From Hydrurus foetidus (taxonomy: Eukaryota), in NCBI GenBank assembly GCA_900617105.1, contig UYFQ01000153.1:1-34891 (forward strand): a stretch of DNA of 34,891 bases. The letters are read 5' to 3'. Shown in pieces: positions 9,587 through 22,890 of the stretch (position 1 is the stretch's first letter; every line of letters begins with the position of its first letter). Made by a program: the position numbers and the translations under genes. The notes beneath the pieces are model-generated. The model made no database searches. It worked only from the letters and a program-made list of their open reading frames with translations, and was not told where the DNA came from.

Positions 9587-12500
9587 GATCAGTCTCCACT
9601 CTGAAATGAGACGGCTCAGCGGCAATATTGCCAAGTCTGGTGTGCACAAATGGGACTCCGGTTGACTCCTACTTATTTGTACTCTTCGTATCGGCGCAGG
9701 AGCAGGCGCTGTGATTTGAAATAGAAAGTCCGGTGTGCTCCTACTGTCTCATGCCACCTGCTATGATTTTGATCGGTCTCCACTCTGAAATGAGACGGCT
9801 CAGCGGCAATATTGCCAAGTCTGGTGTGCACAAATGGGACTCCGGTTGACTCCTACTTATTTGTACTCTTCGTATCGGCGCAGGAGCAGGCGCTGTGATT
9901 TGAAATAGAAAGTCCGGTGTGCTCCTACTGTCTCATGCCACCTGCTATGATTTTGATCGGTCTCCACTCTGAAATGAGACGGCTCAGCGGCAATATTGCC
10001 AAGTCTGGTGTGCACAAATGGGACTCCGGTTGACTCCTACTTATTTGTACTCTTCGTATCGGCGCAGGAGCAGGCGCTGTGATTTGAAATAGAAAGTCCG
10101 GTGTGCTCCTACTGTCTCATGCCACCTGCTATGATTTTGATCGGTCTCCACTATGAAATGAGACGGCTCAGCGGCAATATTGCCAAGTCTGGTGTGCACA
10201 AATGGGACTCCGGTTGACTCCTACTTATTTGTACTCTTCGTATCGGCGCAGGAGCAGGCGCTGTGATTTGAAATAGAAAGTCCGGTGTGCTCCTACTGTC
10301 TCATGCCACCTGCTATGATTTTGATCGGTCTCCACTATGAAATGAGACGGCTCAGCGGCAATATTGCCAAGTCTGGTGTGCACAAATGGGACTCCGGTTG
10401 ACTCCTACTTATTTGTACTCTTCGTATCGGCGCAGGAGCAGGCGCTGTGATTTGAAATAGAAAGTCCGGTGTGCTCCTACTGTCTCATGCCACCTGCTAT
10501 GATTTTGATCGGTCTCCACTATGAAATGAGACGGCTCAGCGGCAATATTGCCAAGTCTGGTGTGCACAAATGGGACTCCGGTTGACTCCTACTTATTTGT
10601 ACTCTTCGTATCGGCGCAGGAGCAGGCGCTGTGATTTGAAATAGAAAGTCCGGTGTGCTCCTACTGTCTCATGCCACCTGCTATGATTTTGATCGGTCTC
10701 CACTATGAAATGAGACGGCTCAGCGGCAATATTGCCAAGTCTGGTGTGCACAAATGGGACTCCGGTTGACTCCTACTTATTTGTACTCTTCGTATCGGCG
10801 CAGGAGCAGGCGCTGTGATTTGAAATAGAAAGTCCGGTGTGCTCCTACTGTCTCATGCCACCTGCTATGATTTTGATCGGTCTCCACTATGAAATGAGAC
10901 GGCTCAGCGGCAATATTGCCAAGTCTGGTGTGCACAAATGGGACTCCGGTTGACTCCTACTTATTTGTACTCTTCGTATCGGCGCAGGAGCAGGCGCTGT
11001 GATTTGAAATAGAAAGTCCGGTGTGCTCCTACTGTCTCATGCCACCTGCTATGATTTTGATCGGTCTCCACTATGAAATGAGACGGCTCAGCGGCAATAT
11101 TGCCAAGTCTGGTGTGCACAAATGGGACTCCGGTTGACTCCTACTTATTTGTACTCTTCGTATCGGCGCAGGAGCAGGCGCTGTGATTTGAAATAGAAAG
11201 TCCGGTGTGCTCCTACTGTCTCATGCCACCTGCTATGATTTTGATCGGTCTCCACTATGAAATGAGACGGCTCAGCGGCAATATTGCCAAGTCTGGTGTG
11301 CACAAATGGGACTCCGGTTGACTCCTACTTATTTGTACTCTTCGTATCGGCGCAGGAGCAGGCGCTGTGATTTGAAATAGAAAGTCCGGTGTGCTCCTAC
11401 TGTCTCATGCCACCTGCTATGATTTTGATCGGTCTCCACTATGAAATGAGACGGCTCAGCGGCAATATTGCCAAGTCTGGTGTGCACAAATGGGACTCCG
11501 GTTGACTCCTACTTATTTGTACTCTTCGTATCGGCGCAGGAGCAGGCGCTGTGATTTGAAATAGAAAGTCCGGTGTGCTCCTACTGTCTCATGCCACCTG
11601 CTATGATTTTGATCGGTCTCCACTATGAAATGAGACGGCTCAGCGGCAATATTGCCAAGTCTGGTGTGCACAAATGGGACTCCGGTTGACTCCTACTTAT
11701 TTGTACTCTTCGTATCGGCGCAGGAGCAGGCGCTGTGATTTGAAATAGAAAGTCCGGTGTGCTCCTACTGTCTCATGCCACCTGCTATGATTTTGATCGG
11801 TCTCCACTATGAAATGAGACGGCTCAGCGGCAATATTGCCAAGTCTGGTGTGCACAAATGGGACTCCGGTTGACTCCTACTTATTTGTACTCTTCGTATC
11901 GGCGCAGGAGCAGGCGCTGTGATTTGAAATAGAAAGTCCGGTGTGCTCCTACTGTCTCATGCCACCTGCTATGATTTTGATCGGTCTCCACTATGAAATG
12001 AGACGGCTCAGCGGCAATATTGCCAAGTCTGGTGTGCACAAATGGGACTCCGGTTGACTCCTACTTATTTGTACTCTTCGTATCGGCGCAGGAGCAGGCG
12101 CTGTGATTTGAAATAGAAAGTCCGGTGTGCTCCTACTGTCTCATGCCACCTGCTATGATTTTGATCGGTCTCCACTATGAAATGAGACGGCTCAGCGGCA
12201 ATATTGCCAAGTCTGGTGTGCACAAATGGGACTCCGGTTGACTCCTACTTATTTGTACTCTTCGTATCGGCGCAGGAGCAGGCGCTGTGATTTGAAATAG
12301 AAAGTCCGGTGTGCTCCTACTGTCTCATGCCACCTGCTATGATTTTGATCGGTCTCCACTATGAAATGAGACGGCTCAGCGGCAATATTGCCAAGTCTGG
12401 TGTGCACAAATGGGACTCCGGTTGACTCCTACTTATTTGTACTCTTCGTATCGGCGCAGGAGCAGGCGCTGTGATTTGAAATAGAAAGTCCGGTGTGCTC

Positions 12501-15500
12501 CTACTGTCTCATGCCACCTGCTATGATTTTGATCGGTCTCCACTATGAAATGAGACGGCTCAGCGGCAATATTGCCAAGTCTGGTGTGCACAAATGGGAC
12601 TCCGGTTGACTCCTACTTATTTGTACTCTTCGTATCGGCGCAGGAGCAGGCGCTGTGATTTGAAATAGAAAGTCCGGTGTGCTCCTACTGTCTCATGCCA
12701 CCTGCTATGATTTTGATCGGTCTCCACTATGAAATGAGACGGCTCAGCGGCAATATTGCCAAGTCTGGTGTGCACAAATGGGACTCCGGTTGACTCCTAC
12801 TTATTTGTACTCTTCGTATCGGCGCAGGAGCAGGCGCTGTGATTTGAAATAGAAAGTCCGGTGTGCTCCTACTGTCTCATGCCACCTGCTATGATTTTGA
12901 TCGGTCTCCACTATGAAATGAGACGGCTCAGCGGCAATATTGCCAAGTCTGGTGTGCACAAATGGGACTCCGGTTGACTCCTACTTATTTGTACTCTTCG
13001 TATCGGCGCAGGAGCAGGCGCTGTGATTTGAAATAGAAAGTCCGGTGTGCTCCTACTGTCTCATGCCACCTGCTATGATTTTGATCGGTCTCCACTATGA
13101 AATGAGACGGCTCAGCGGCAATATTGCCAAGTCTGGTGTGCACAAATGGGACTCCGGTTGACTCCTACTTATTTGTACTCTTCGTATCGGCGCAGGAGCA
13201 GGCGCTGTGATTTGAAATAGAAAGTCCGGTGTGCTCCTACTGTCTCATGCCACCTGCTATGATTTTGATCGGTCTCCACTATGAAATGAGACGGCTCAGC
13301 GGCAATATTGCCAAGTCTGGTGTGCACAAATGGGACTCCGGTTGACTCCTACTTATTTGTACTCTTCGTATCGGCGCAGGAGCAGGCGCTGTGATTTGAA
13401 ATAGAAAGTCCGGTGTGCTCCTACTGTCTCATGCCACCTGCTATGATTTTGATCGGTCTCCACTATGAAATGAGACGGCTCAGCGGCAATATTGCCAAGT
13501 CTGGTGTGCACAAATGGGACTCCGGTTGACTCCTACTTATTTGTACTCTTCGTATCGGCGCAGGAGCAGGCGCTGTGATTTGAAATAGAAAGTCCGGTGT
13601 GCTCCTACTGTCTCATGCCACCTGCTATGATTTTGATCGGTCTCCACTATGAAATGAGACGGCTCAGCGGCAATATTGCCAAGTCTGGTGTGCACAAATG
13701 GGACTCCGGTTGACTCCTACTTATTTGTACTCTTCGTATCGGCGCAGGAGCAGGCGCTGTGATTTGAAATAGAAAGTCCGGTGTGCTCCTACTGTCTCAT
13801 GCCACCTGCTATGATTTTGATCGGTCTCCACTATGAAATGAGACGGCTCAGCGGCAATATTGCCAAGTCTGGTGTGCACAAATGGGACTCCGGTTGACTC
13901 CTACTTATTTGTACTCTTCGTATCGGCGCAGGAGCAGGCGCTGTGATTTGAAATAGAAAGTCCGGTGTGCTCCTACTGTCTCATGCCACCTGCTATGATT
14001 TTGATCGGTCTCCACTATGAAATGAGACGGCTCAGCGGCAATATTGCCAAGTCTGGTGTGCACAAATGGGACTCCGGTTGACTCCTACTTATTTGTACTC
14101 TTCGTATCGGCGCAGGAGCAGGCGCTGTGATTTGAAATAGAAAGTCCGGTGTGCTCCTACTGTCTCATGCCACCTGCTATGATTTTGATCGGTCTCCACT
14201 ATGAAATGAGACGGCTCAGCGGCAATATTGCCAAGTCTGGTGTGCACAAATGGGACTCCGGTTGACTCCTACTTATTTGTACTCTTCGTATCGGCGCAGG
14301 AGCAGGCGCTGTGATTTGAAATAGAAAGTCCGGTGTGCTCCTACTGTCTCATGCCACCTGCTATGATTTTGATCGGTCTCCACTATGAAATGAGACGGCT
14401 CAGCGGCAATATTGCCAAGTCTGGTGTGCACAAATGGGACTCCGGTTGACTCCTACTTATTTGTACTCTTCGTATCGGCGCAGGAGCAGGCGCTGTGATT
14501 TGAAATAGAAAGTCCGGTGTGCTCCTACTGTCTCATGCCACCTGCTATGATTTTGATCGGTCTCCACTATGAAATGAGACGGCTCAGCGGCAATATTGCC
14601 AAGTCTGGTGTGCACAAATGGGACTCCGGTTGACTCCTACTTATTTGTACTCTTCGTATCGGCGCAGGAGCAGGCGCTGTGATTTGAAATAGAAAGTCCG
14701 GTGTGCTCCTACTGTCTCATGCCACCTGCTATGATTTTGATCGGTCTCCACTATGAAATGAGACGGCTCAGCGGCAATATTGCCAAGTCTGGTGTGCACA
14801 AATGGGACTCCGGTTGACTCCTACTTATTTGTACTCTTCGTATCGGCGCAGGAGCAGGCGCTGTGATTTGAAATAGAAAGTCCGGTGTGCTCCTACTGTC
14901 TCATGCCACCTGCTATGATTTTGATCGGTCTCCACTATGAAATGAGACGGCTCAGCGGCAATATTGCCAAGTCTGGTGTGCACAAATGGGACTCCGGTTG
15001 ACTCCTACTTATTTGTACTCTTCGTATCGGCGCAGGAGCAGGCGCTGTGATTTGAAATAGAAAGTCCGGTGTGCTCCTACTGTCTCATGCCACCTGCTAT
15101 GATTTTGATCGGTCTCCACTATGAAATGAGACGGCTCAGCGGCAATATTGCCAAGTCTGGTGTGCACAAATGGGACTCCGGTTGACTCCTACTTATTTGT
15201 ACTCTTCGTATCGGCGCAGGAGCAGGCGCTGTGATTTGAAATAGAAAGTCCGGTGTGCTCCTACTGTCTCATGCCACCTGCTATGATTTTGATCGGTCTC
15301 CACTATGAAATGAGACGGCTCAGCGGCAATATTGCCAAGTCTGGTGTGCACAAATGGGACTCCGGTTGACTCCTACTTATTTGTACTCTTCGTATCGGCG
15401 CAGGAGCAGGCGCTGTGATTTGAAATAGAAAGTCCGGTGTGCTCCTACTGTCTCATGCCACCTGCTATGATTTTGATCGGTCTCCACTATGAAATGAGAC

Positions 15501-18500
15501 GGCTCAGCGGCAATATTGCCAAGTCTGGTGTGCACAAATGGGACTCCGGTTGACTCCTACTTATTTGTACTCTTCGTATCGGCGCAGGAGCAGGCGCTGT
15601 GATTTGAAATAGAAAGTCCGGTGTGCTCCTACTGTCTCATGCCACCTGCTATGATTTTGATCGGTCTCCACTATGAAATGAGACGGCTCAGCGGCAATAT
15701 TGCCAAGTCTGGTGTGCACAAATGGGACTCCGGTTGACTCCTACTTATTTGTACTCTTCGTATCGGCGCAGGAGCAGGCGCTGTGATTTGAAATAGAAAG
15801 TCCGGTGTGCTCCTACTGTCTCATGCCACCTGCTATGATTTTGATCGGTCTCCACTATGAAATGAGACGGCTCAGCGGCAATATTGCCAAGTCTGGTGTG
15901 CACAAATGGGACTCCGGTTGACTCCTACTTATTTGTACTCTTCGTATCGGCGCAGGAGCAGGCGCTGTGATTTGAAATAGAAAGTCCGGTGTGCTCCTAC
16001 TGTCTCATGCCACCTGCTATGATTTTGATCGGTCTCCACTATGAAATGAGACGGCTCAGCGGCAATATTGCCAAGTCTGGTGTGCACAAATGGGACTCCG
16101 GTTGACTCCTACTTATTTGTACTCTTCGTATCGGCGCAGGAGCAGGCGCTGTGATTTGAAATAGAAAGTCCGGTGTGCTCCTACTGTCTCATGCCACCTG
16201 CTATGATTTTGATCGGTCTCCACTATGAAATGAGACGGCTCAGCGGCAATATTGCCAAGTCTGGTGTGCACAAATGGGACTCCGGTTGACTCCTACTTAT
16301 TTGTACTCTTCGTATCGGCGCAGGAGCAGGCGCTGTGATTTGAAATAGAAAGTCCGGTGTGCTCCTACTGTCTCATGCCACCTGCTATGATTTTGATCGG
16401 TCTCCACTATGAAATGAGACGGCTCAGCGGCAATATTGCCAAGTCTGGTGTGCACAAATGGGACTCCGGTTGACTCCTACTTATTTGTACTCTTCGTATC
16501 GGCGCAGGAGCAGGCGCTGTGATTTGAAATAGAAAGTCCGGTGTGCTCCTACTGTCTCATGCCACCTGCTATGATTTTGATCGGTCTCCACTATGAAATG
16601 AGACGGCTCAGCGGCAATATTGCCAAGTCTGGTGTGCACAAATGGGACTCCGGTTGACTCCTACTTATTTGTACTCTTCGTATCGGCGCAGGAGCAGGCG
16701 CTGTGATTTGAAATAGAAAGTCCGGTGTGCTCCTACTGTCTCATGCCACCTGCTATGATTTTGATCGGTCTCCACTATGAAATGAGACGGCTCAGCGGCA
16801 ATATTGCCAAGTCTGGTGTGCACAAATGGGACTCCGGTTGACTCCTACTTATTTGTACTCTTCGTATCGGCGCAGGAGCAGGCGCTGTGATTTGAAATAG
16901 AAAGTCCGGTGTGCTCCTACTGTCTCATGCCACCTGCTATGATTTTGATCGGTCTCCACTATGAAATGAGACGGCTCAGCGGCAATATTGCCAAGTCTGG
17001 TGTGCACAAATGGGACTCCGGTTGACTCCTACTTATTTGTACTCTTCGTATCGGCGCAGGAGCAGGCGCTGTGATTTGAAATAGAAAGTCCGGTGTGCTC
17101 CTACTGTCTCATGCCACCTGCTATGATTTTGATCGGTCTCCACTATGAAATGAGACGGCTCAGCGGCAATATTGCCAAGTCTGGTGTGCACAAATGGGAC
17201 TCCGGTTGACTCCTACTTATTTGTACTCTTCGTATCGGCGCAGGAGCAGGCGCTGTGATTTGAAATAGAAAGTCCGGTGTGCTCCTACTGTCTCATGCCA
17301 CCTGCTATGATTTTGATCGGTCTCCACTATGAAATGAGACGGCTCAGCGGCAATATTGCCAAGTCTGGTGTGCACAAATGGGACTCCGGTTGACTCCTAC
17401 TTATTTGTACTCTTCGTATCGGCGCAGGAGCAGGCGCTGTGATTTGAAATAGAAAGTCCGGTGTGCTCCTACTGTCTCATGCCACCTGCTATGATTTTGA
17501 TCGGTCTCCACTATGAAATGAGACGGCTCAGCGGCAATATTGCCAAGTCTGGTGTGCACAAATGGGACTCCGGTTGACTCCTACTTATTTGTACTCTTCG
17601 TATCGGCGCAGGAGCAGGCGCTGTGATTTGAAATAGAAAGTCCGGTGTGCTCCTACTGTCTCATGCCACCTGCTATGATTTTGATCGGTCTCCACTATGA
17701 AATGAGACGGCTCAGCGGCAATATTGCCAAGTCTGGTGTGCACAAATGGGACTCCGGTTGACTCCTACTTATTTGTACTCTTCGTATCGGCGCAGGAGCA
17801 GGCGCTGTGATTTGAAATAGAAAGTCCGGTGTGCTCCTACTGTCTCATGCCACCTGCTATGATTTTGATCGGTCTCCACTATGAAATGAGACGGCTCAGC
17901 GGCAATATTGCCAAGTCTGGTGTGCACAAATGGGACTCCGGTTGACTCCTACTTATTTGTACTCTTCGTATCGGCGCAGGAGCAGGCGCTGTGATTTGAA
18001 ATAGAAAGTCCGGTGTGCTCCTACTGTCTCATGCCACCTGCTATGATTTTGATCGGTCTCCACTATGAAATGAGACGGCTCAGCGGCAATATTGCCAAGT
18101 CTGGTGTGCACAAATGGGACTCCGGTTGACTCCTACTTATTTGTACTCTTCGTATCGGCGCAGGAGCAGGCGCTGTGATTTGAAATAGAAAGTCCGGTGT
18201 GCTCCTACTGCCTCATGCCACCTGCTATGATTTTGATCGGTCTCCACTATGAAATGAGACGGCTCAGCGGCAATATTGCCAAGTCTGGTGTGCACAAATG
18301 GGACTCCGGTTGACTCCTACTTATTTGTACTCTTCGTATCGGCGCAGGAGCAGGCGCTGTGATTTGAAATAGAAAGTCCGGTGTGCTCCTACTGCCTCAT
18401 GCCACCTGCTATGATTTTGATCGGTCTCCACTATGAAATGAGACGGCTCAGCGGCAATATTGCCAAGTCTGGTGTGCACAAATGGGACTCCGGTTGACTC

Positions 18501-18875
18501 CTACTTATTTGTACTCTTCGTATCGGCGCAGGAGCAGGCGCTGTGATTTGAAATAGAAAGTCCGGTGTGCTCCTACTGTCTCATGCCACCTGCTATGATT
18601 TTGATCGGTCTCCACTATGAAATGAGACGGCTCAGCGGCAATATTGCCAAGTCTGGTGTGCACAAATGGGACTCCGGTTGACTCCTACTTATTTGTACTC
18701 TTCGTATCGGCGCAGGAGAAGGCGCTGTGATTTGAAATAGAAAGTCCGGTGTGCTCCTACTGTCTCATGCCACCTGCTATGATTTTGATCGGTCTCCACT
18801 CTGAAATGAGACGGCTCAGCGGCAATACTGCCAAGTCTGGTGTGCACAAATGGGACTCCGGTTGACTCCTACTTA
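9587..18875. repeat. 184-bp tandem (satellite) array, ~50.5 near-identical copies
   Basis: The motif (C/A)TGAAATGAG recurs from 9601 to 18801 in exact 184-bp steps (50 periods). The unit is not a multiple of 3 and has stops on both strands. Confidence 0.98.
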
Positions 18876-19058
18876 ATTGCACCATTAATCGTAGTACAGC
18901 GAAACAGTGTAATTTTTAACGGAATATTTGGTTTGCTTCCCTTTTCTCATGGAATGATTGTGAAACGCTCACCACTTTCTGAGACTATTTGAGATCTCAG
19001 CGGTAATTATTCTCTTGAAGTCCGGTGCGGATGGACTCTTACTTATCGTGACTCCGGT
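18876..19058. repeat. Degenerate relic of the 184-bp unit flanking the array
   Basis: GAGATCTCAGCGGTAATTATT..AAGTCCGGTGCGGATGGACTCTTACTTAT resembles the unit's GAGACGGCTCAGCGGCAATATT..AAGTCTGGTG..GACTCCTACTTAT. Confidence 0.7.
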
Positions 19059-19375
19059 ATGTACCGTACCGTACGTTCACAGATACACGTCGTGGTTTGT
19101 ATATCACATCACAGAAAGGATTTGTTTCCACAGCTTGATAAATCATTGTTGCTCGATTTGATTAAAACACTTAGCATTTTTTCTAAGCTATCTATCAGAG
19201 GTTTAGCTACTCTATATAGAGCAGTCCTACTGAATAGCGTATTAAGTATAGCTCTGGGTGCCGCATCATCGGGGGTAATAAGTGAAGACGTTGCAGTAAT
19301 ATTTACTGCTGCGTCAATCCCAAAACTAAGCAAATCAGTTGAGTCAATGATCTCCATATCTCGTGATGGTGTGAT

Positions 19376-21177
19376 GTAATAAGATTTTGTCGAAGTATGT
19401 AAGTTCTATAAACAAAAGGCAGAAGAACGTAATATCAAAAACGAAAACATCTAATAATATTGATGATTGCGTTGTAATTGAAAAATTGTCCAAAAATATG
19501 TATAATGTTCCAACTTCATCCCAACTTAAAGGTCACGATACTAATCCTGAAATATTAAAAGCAGTAATGTTGCTGTGGGAGAACTCTGGAAGAGGTAAAT
19601 TTGCTAAATTGAATAATATCTTAATAAACGATAATAAGGGTAATGATGAAGAATTGTTAGCTAAAAATATTGATGAAATTAAAACCGAATTATCTAAAGA
19701 GACATTAACAACAGCTAAAATGGAAATAATTTTGAAGAATTTTTTGAAAAAGATGTGCAACAAGAAGAAATTACTCACGTGCGCTTCATGTGGCGAGAGA
19801 TCTTTCCATTCATTCTATAAAGAAGTTTCAGTTGAAGATGACTTAGAAATACTGAAGCTAAATAATAGTCAAATTGAAGATTATGAAAATTTAAACGAAT
19901 ATAAGCATATAGCATCTGTGGCAAATATACAGAGTACGTTATATTTTATACATCCTGAATGCGTTACGAAAGAGAAAAATACTTATACAACACATGTGTG
20001 TGGATGTTGTTATAGCGATATACGTAAAAATTTAATTCCTAAATATAGTATCGCTAATGGACATGATTATGGGGATTTTAGAAGAATAAAGAATCTCCAG
20101 CCATTAACAATAGTTGAAAAACATTTAATTAGTTGTAATAGAATGTATGGTAGTATTTTAAAACTTAAGGATGGAGAAAATCGACAATTAGTTGGCAATA
20201 TCATAACATTTGAACAAAATGGCCCTGATAAATGTGCAGAACAATTTAATTTACCTGACGTCGTAGGTATAACAGAAGTTCTCCAAGTTGCATTTCTTGG
20301 CACTAAAGAAGAGTTTGAATCGAGACGTAAAGATGTTATAACGAGTTGTGGTCAACTTCAAGTTAGATCTACTAATATTTATAACTGGTTAAGAATGCTC
20401 AAGAGATGTAATCCTAAATACTGGAATATAGAAATAAATGAAAGCGATCAATGTATAGACTTAATGAACAACATAACAAAGAATCTTGTGGATAAAATTC
20501 AAATCATTGATAATAAAACACTACTTACAATAGACAAAGTGATGAGTAATGACATTTCTAAAGTTCGTGAATTAAATATTGATGAAAATATCTCATATGA
20601 TGATAAAACTAATGAGAATGGATTACATAAAATACCAATTTCAAATACAATGTTATTTTCTGAAAGTTTACAAGATAATGAAGAAAATTTAATTAAGAAG
20701 ACTCTACATGGAGTTGCTAAAACAATATATCCTAAGTTAATAAAAGTAGTGCGATTAAGCGATGAACCAATAAACGAATACGAGAACAATAGTAAGTTGT
20801 ACTTGGGTCTTTTTCCTTACCTTTTTATTTTAGGAAAATTTGGTAATGGTATTGCAATAAAGGGAACAATGCCTTCCAAATATATTTTGCATCTCCTAAA
20901 TCAAAGGTATAATGTAATGATATACTTATGATTAGTTAGTTGTTAAAAAATTTTATCAGTTATTACAAGTGTTTCTAATATTAATATTATTTTCATATAT
21001 TTTTACAGAACTTGTGCTTTTGCCCAAGAAACTAAATTGATTTTTACAATATTCAATCAAAGACAACGGCACAAAACATCTTCAATTGTCAGTGTAACAG
21101 CAAAAAATGATCCTGCACAACTAATAAAATTAGGTGAAACACTAACATGTTCCAAATTTAAACTGATAGATGCATGA
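19376..21177 (+). pseudogene. Helitron Rep N-terminal fragment, copy 1 (5'- and 3'-truncated)
   Basis: Nearly identical to part of copy 4 and begins mid-ORF. After the intron it reads to the junction ..SKFK|LIDA*. Confidence 0.85.
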
Positions 21178-21300
21178 ATTTTTGTGCGTCACTGATCTGG
21201 TATAACTTTTAACTGTGGGACCGTTTTGGTCATTGTATTTTGATCGCAATAATCATGATTAAATCAATTTGAATATGGATCTTTTTTTGCAGATTTAAAA

Positions 21301-22890
21301 ATGGATACAAGGAAATCGTCGGAAAGAAAGAGAAAATTTGATGACTGTTATGATTACGTCGATTACGAAACTCTTTTTAAGAAGTCAAGGAATCGAAGAA
21401 TTGAGTCGAAGACAATCGCTGTAAACTTCAAAGTATCTGAAAGCTCTGTTGATTCAATTGGATTAGTTACAATGCCAGAAAAAGCATTCAAAAAGTGCTC
21501 CTTACAGAAAACAAAAACATTTATCTCTATACTGAAAGGCTTCGAGAGCTGCAATATCAAAGATAATAAAAAAAATCGTTCTTTAGAGAAAACTAATAAG
21601 TTGCTCGAAGGCTTTCAGAGTTCTAACGAGAAAGATAATAATGAAACTACTGAAAGCAGTATTAATAACGAATCAATTAGGCCTGAAATAATGTTCAAAA
21701 AAAGTTCTTTAGAGAAAACAAAATCATTTATATGTAAACTGAAAGGCATTGAAACTTCTATCGACAATGTAAAAAAACGGAAGTCAAGCAAATGCATGGC
21801 AGGATTACATACCAATAATAGTATTAACAATAAAAAGCATTTTGTAAAAAAGTATATACCTCAACGTAAATTTGTTTTGAATAGTAATAAGATTTTGTCG
21901 AAGTATGTAAGTTCTATAAACAAAAGGCAGAAGAACGTAATATCAAAAACGAAAACATCTAATAATATTGATGATTGCGTTGTAATTGAAAAATTGTCCA
22001 AAAATATGTATAATGTTCCAACTTCATCCCAACTTAAAGGTCACGATACTAATCCTGAAATATTAAAAGCAGTAATGTTGCTGTGGGAGAACTCTGGAAG
22101 AGGTAAATTTGCTAAATTGAATAATATCTTAATAAACGATAATAAGGGTAATGATGAAGAATTGTTAGCTAAAAATATTGATGAAATTAAAACCGAATTA
22201 TCTAAAGAGACATTAACAACAGCTAAAATGGAAATAATTTTGAAGAATTTTTTGAAAAAGATGTGCAACAAGAAGAAATTACTCACGTGCGCTTCATGTG
22301 GCAAGAGATCTTTCCATTCATTCTATAAAGAAGTTTCAGTTGAAGATGACTTAGAAATACTGAAGCTAAATAGTAGTCAAATTGAAGATTATGAAAATTT
22401 AAACGAATATAAGCATATAGCATCTGTGGCAAATATACAGAGTACGTTATATTTTATACATCCTGAATGCGTTACGAAAGAGAAAAATACTTATACAACA
22501 CATGTGTGTGGATGTTGTTATAGCGATATACGTAAAAATTTAATTCCTAAATATAGTATCGCTAATGGACATGATTATGGGGATTTTAGAAGAATAAAGA
22601 ATCTCCAGCCATTAACAATAGTTGAAAAACATTTAATTAGTTGTAATAGAATGTATGGTAGTATTTTAAAACTTAAGGATGGAGAAAATCGACAATTAGT
22701 TGGCAATATCATAACATTTGAACAAAATGGCCCTGATAAATGTGCAGAACAATTTAATTTACCTGACGTCGTAGGTATAACAGAAGTTCTCCAAGTTGCA
22801 TTTCTTGGCACTAAAGAAGAGTTTGAATCGAGACGTAAAGATGTTATAATGAGTTGTGGTCAACTTCAAGTTAGATCTACTAATATGTAA
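21301..22890 (+). pseudogene. Helitron Rep N-terminal fragment, copy 2 (529 aa, stops at the duplication junction)
   Basis: Same ATG context as 24962. It ends RSTNM* at the ATAT microhomology junction 22883-22886. Confidence 0.85.

Noticed and set aside
9587..18875. CRISPR array, coding repeat, tRNA/5S/snRNA array or hammerhead satellite
   Set aside because: There are no unique spacers, the unit length is not divisible by 3 and has stops on both strands, and no recognisable RNA-gene motifs or CUGANGA core were found.
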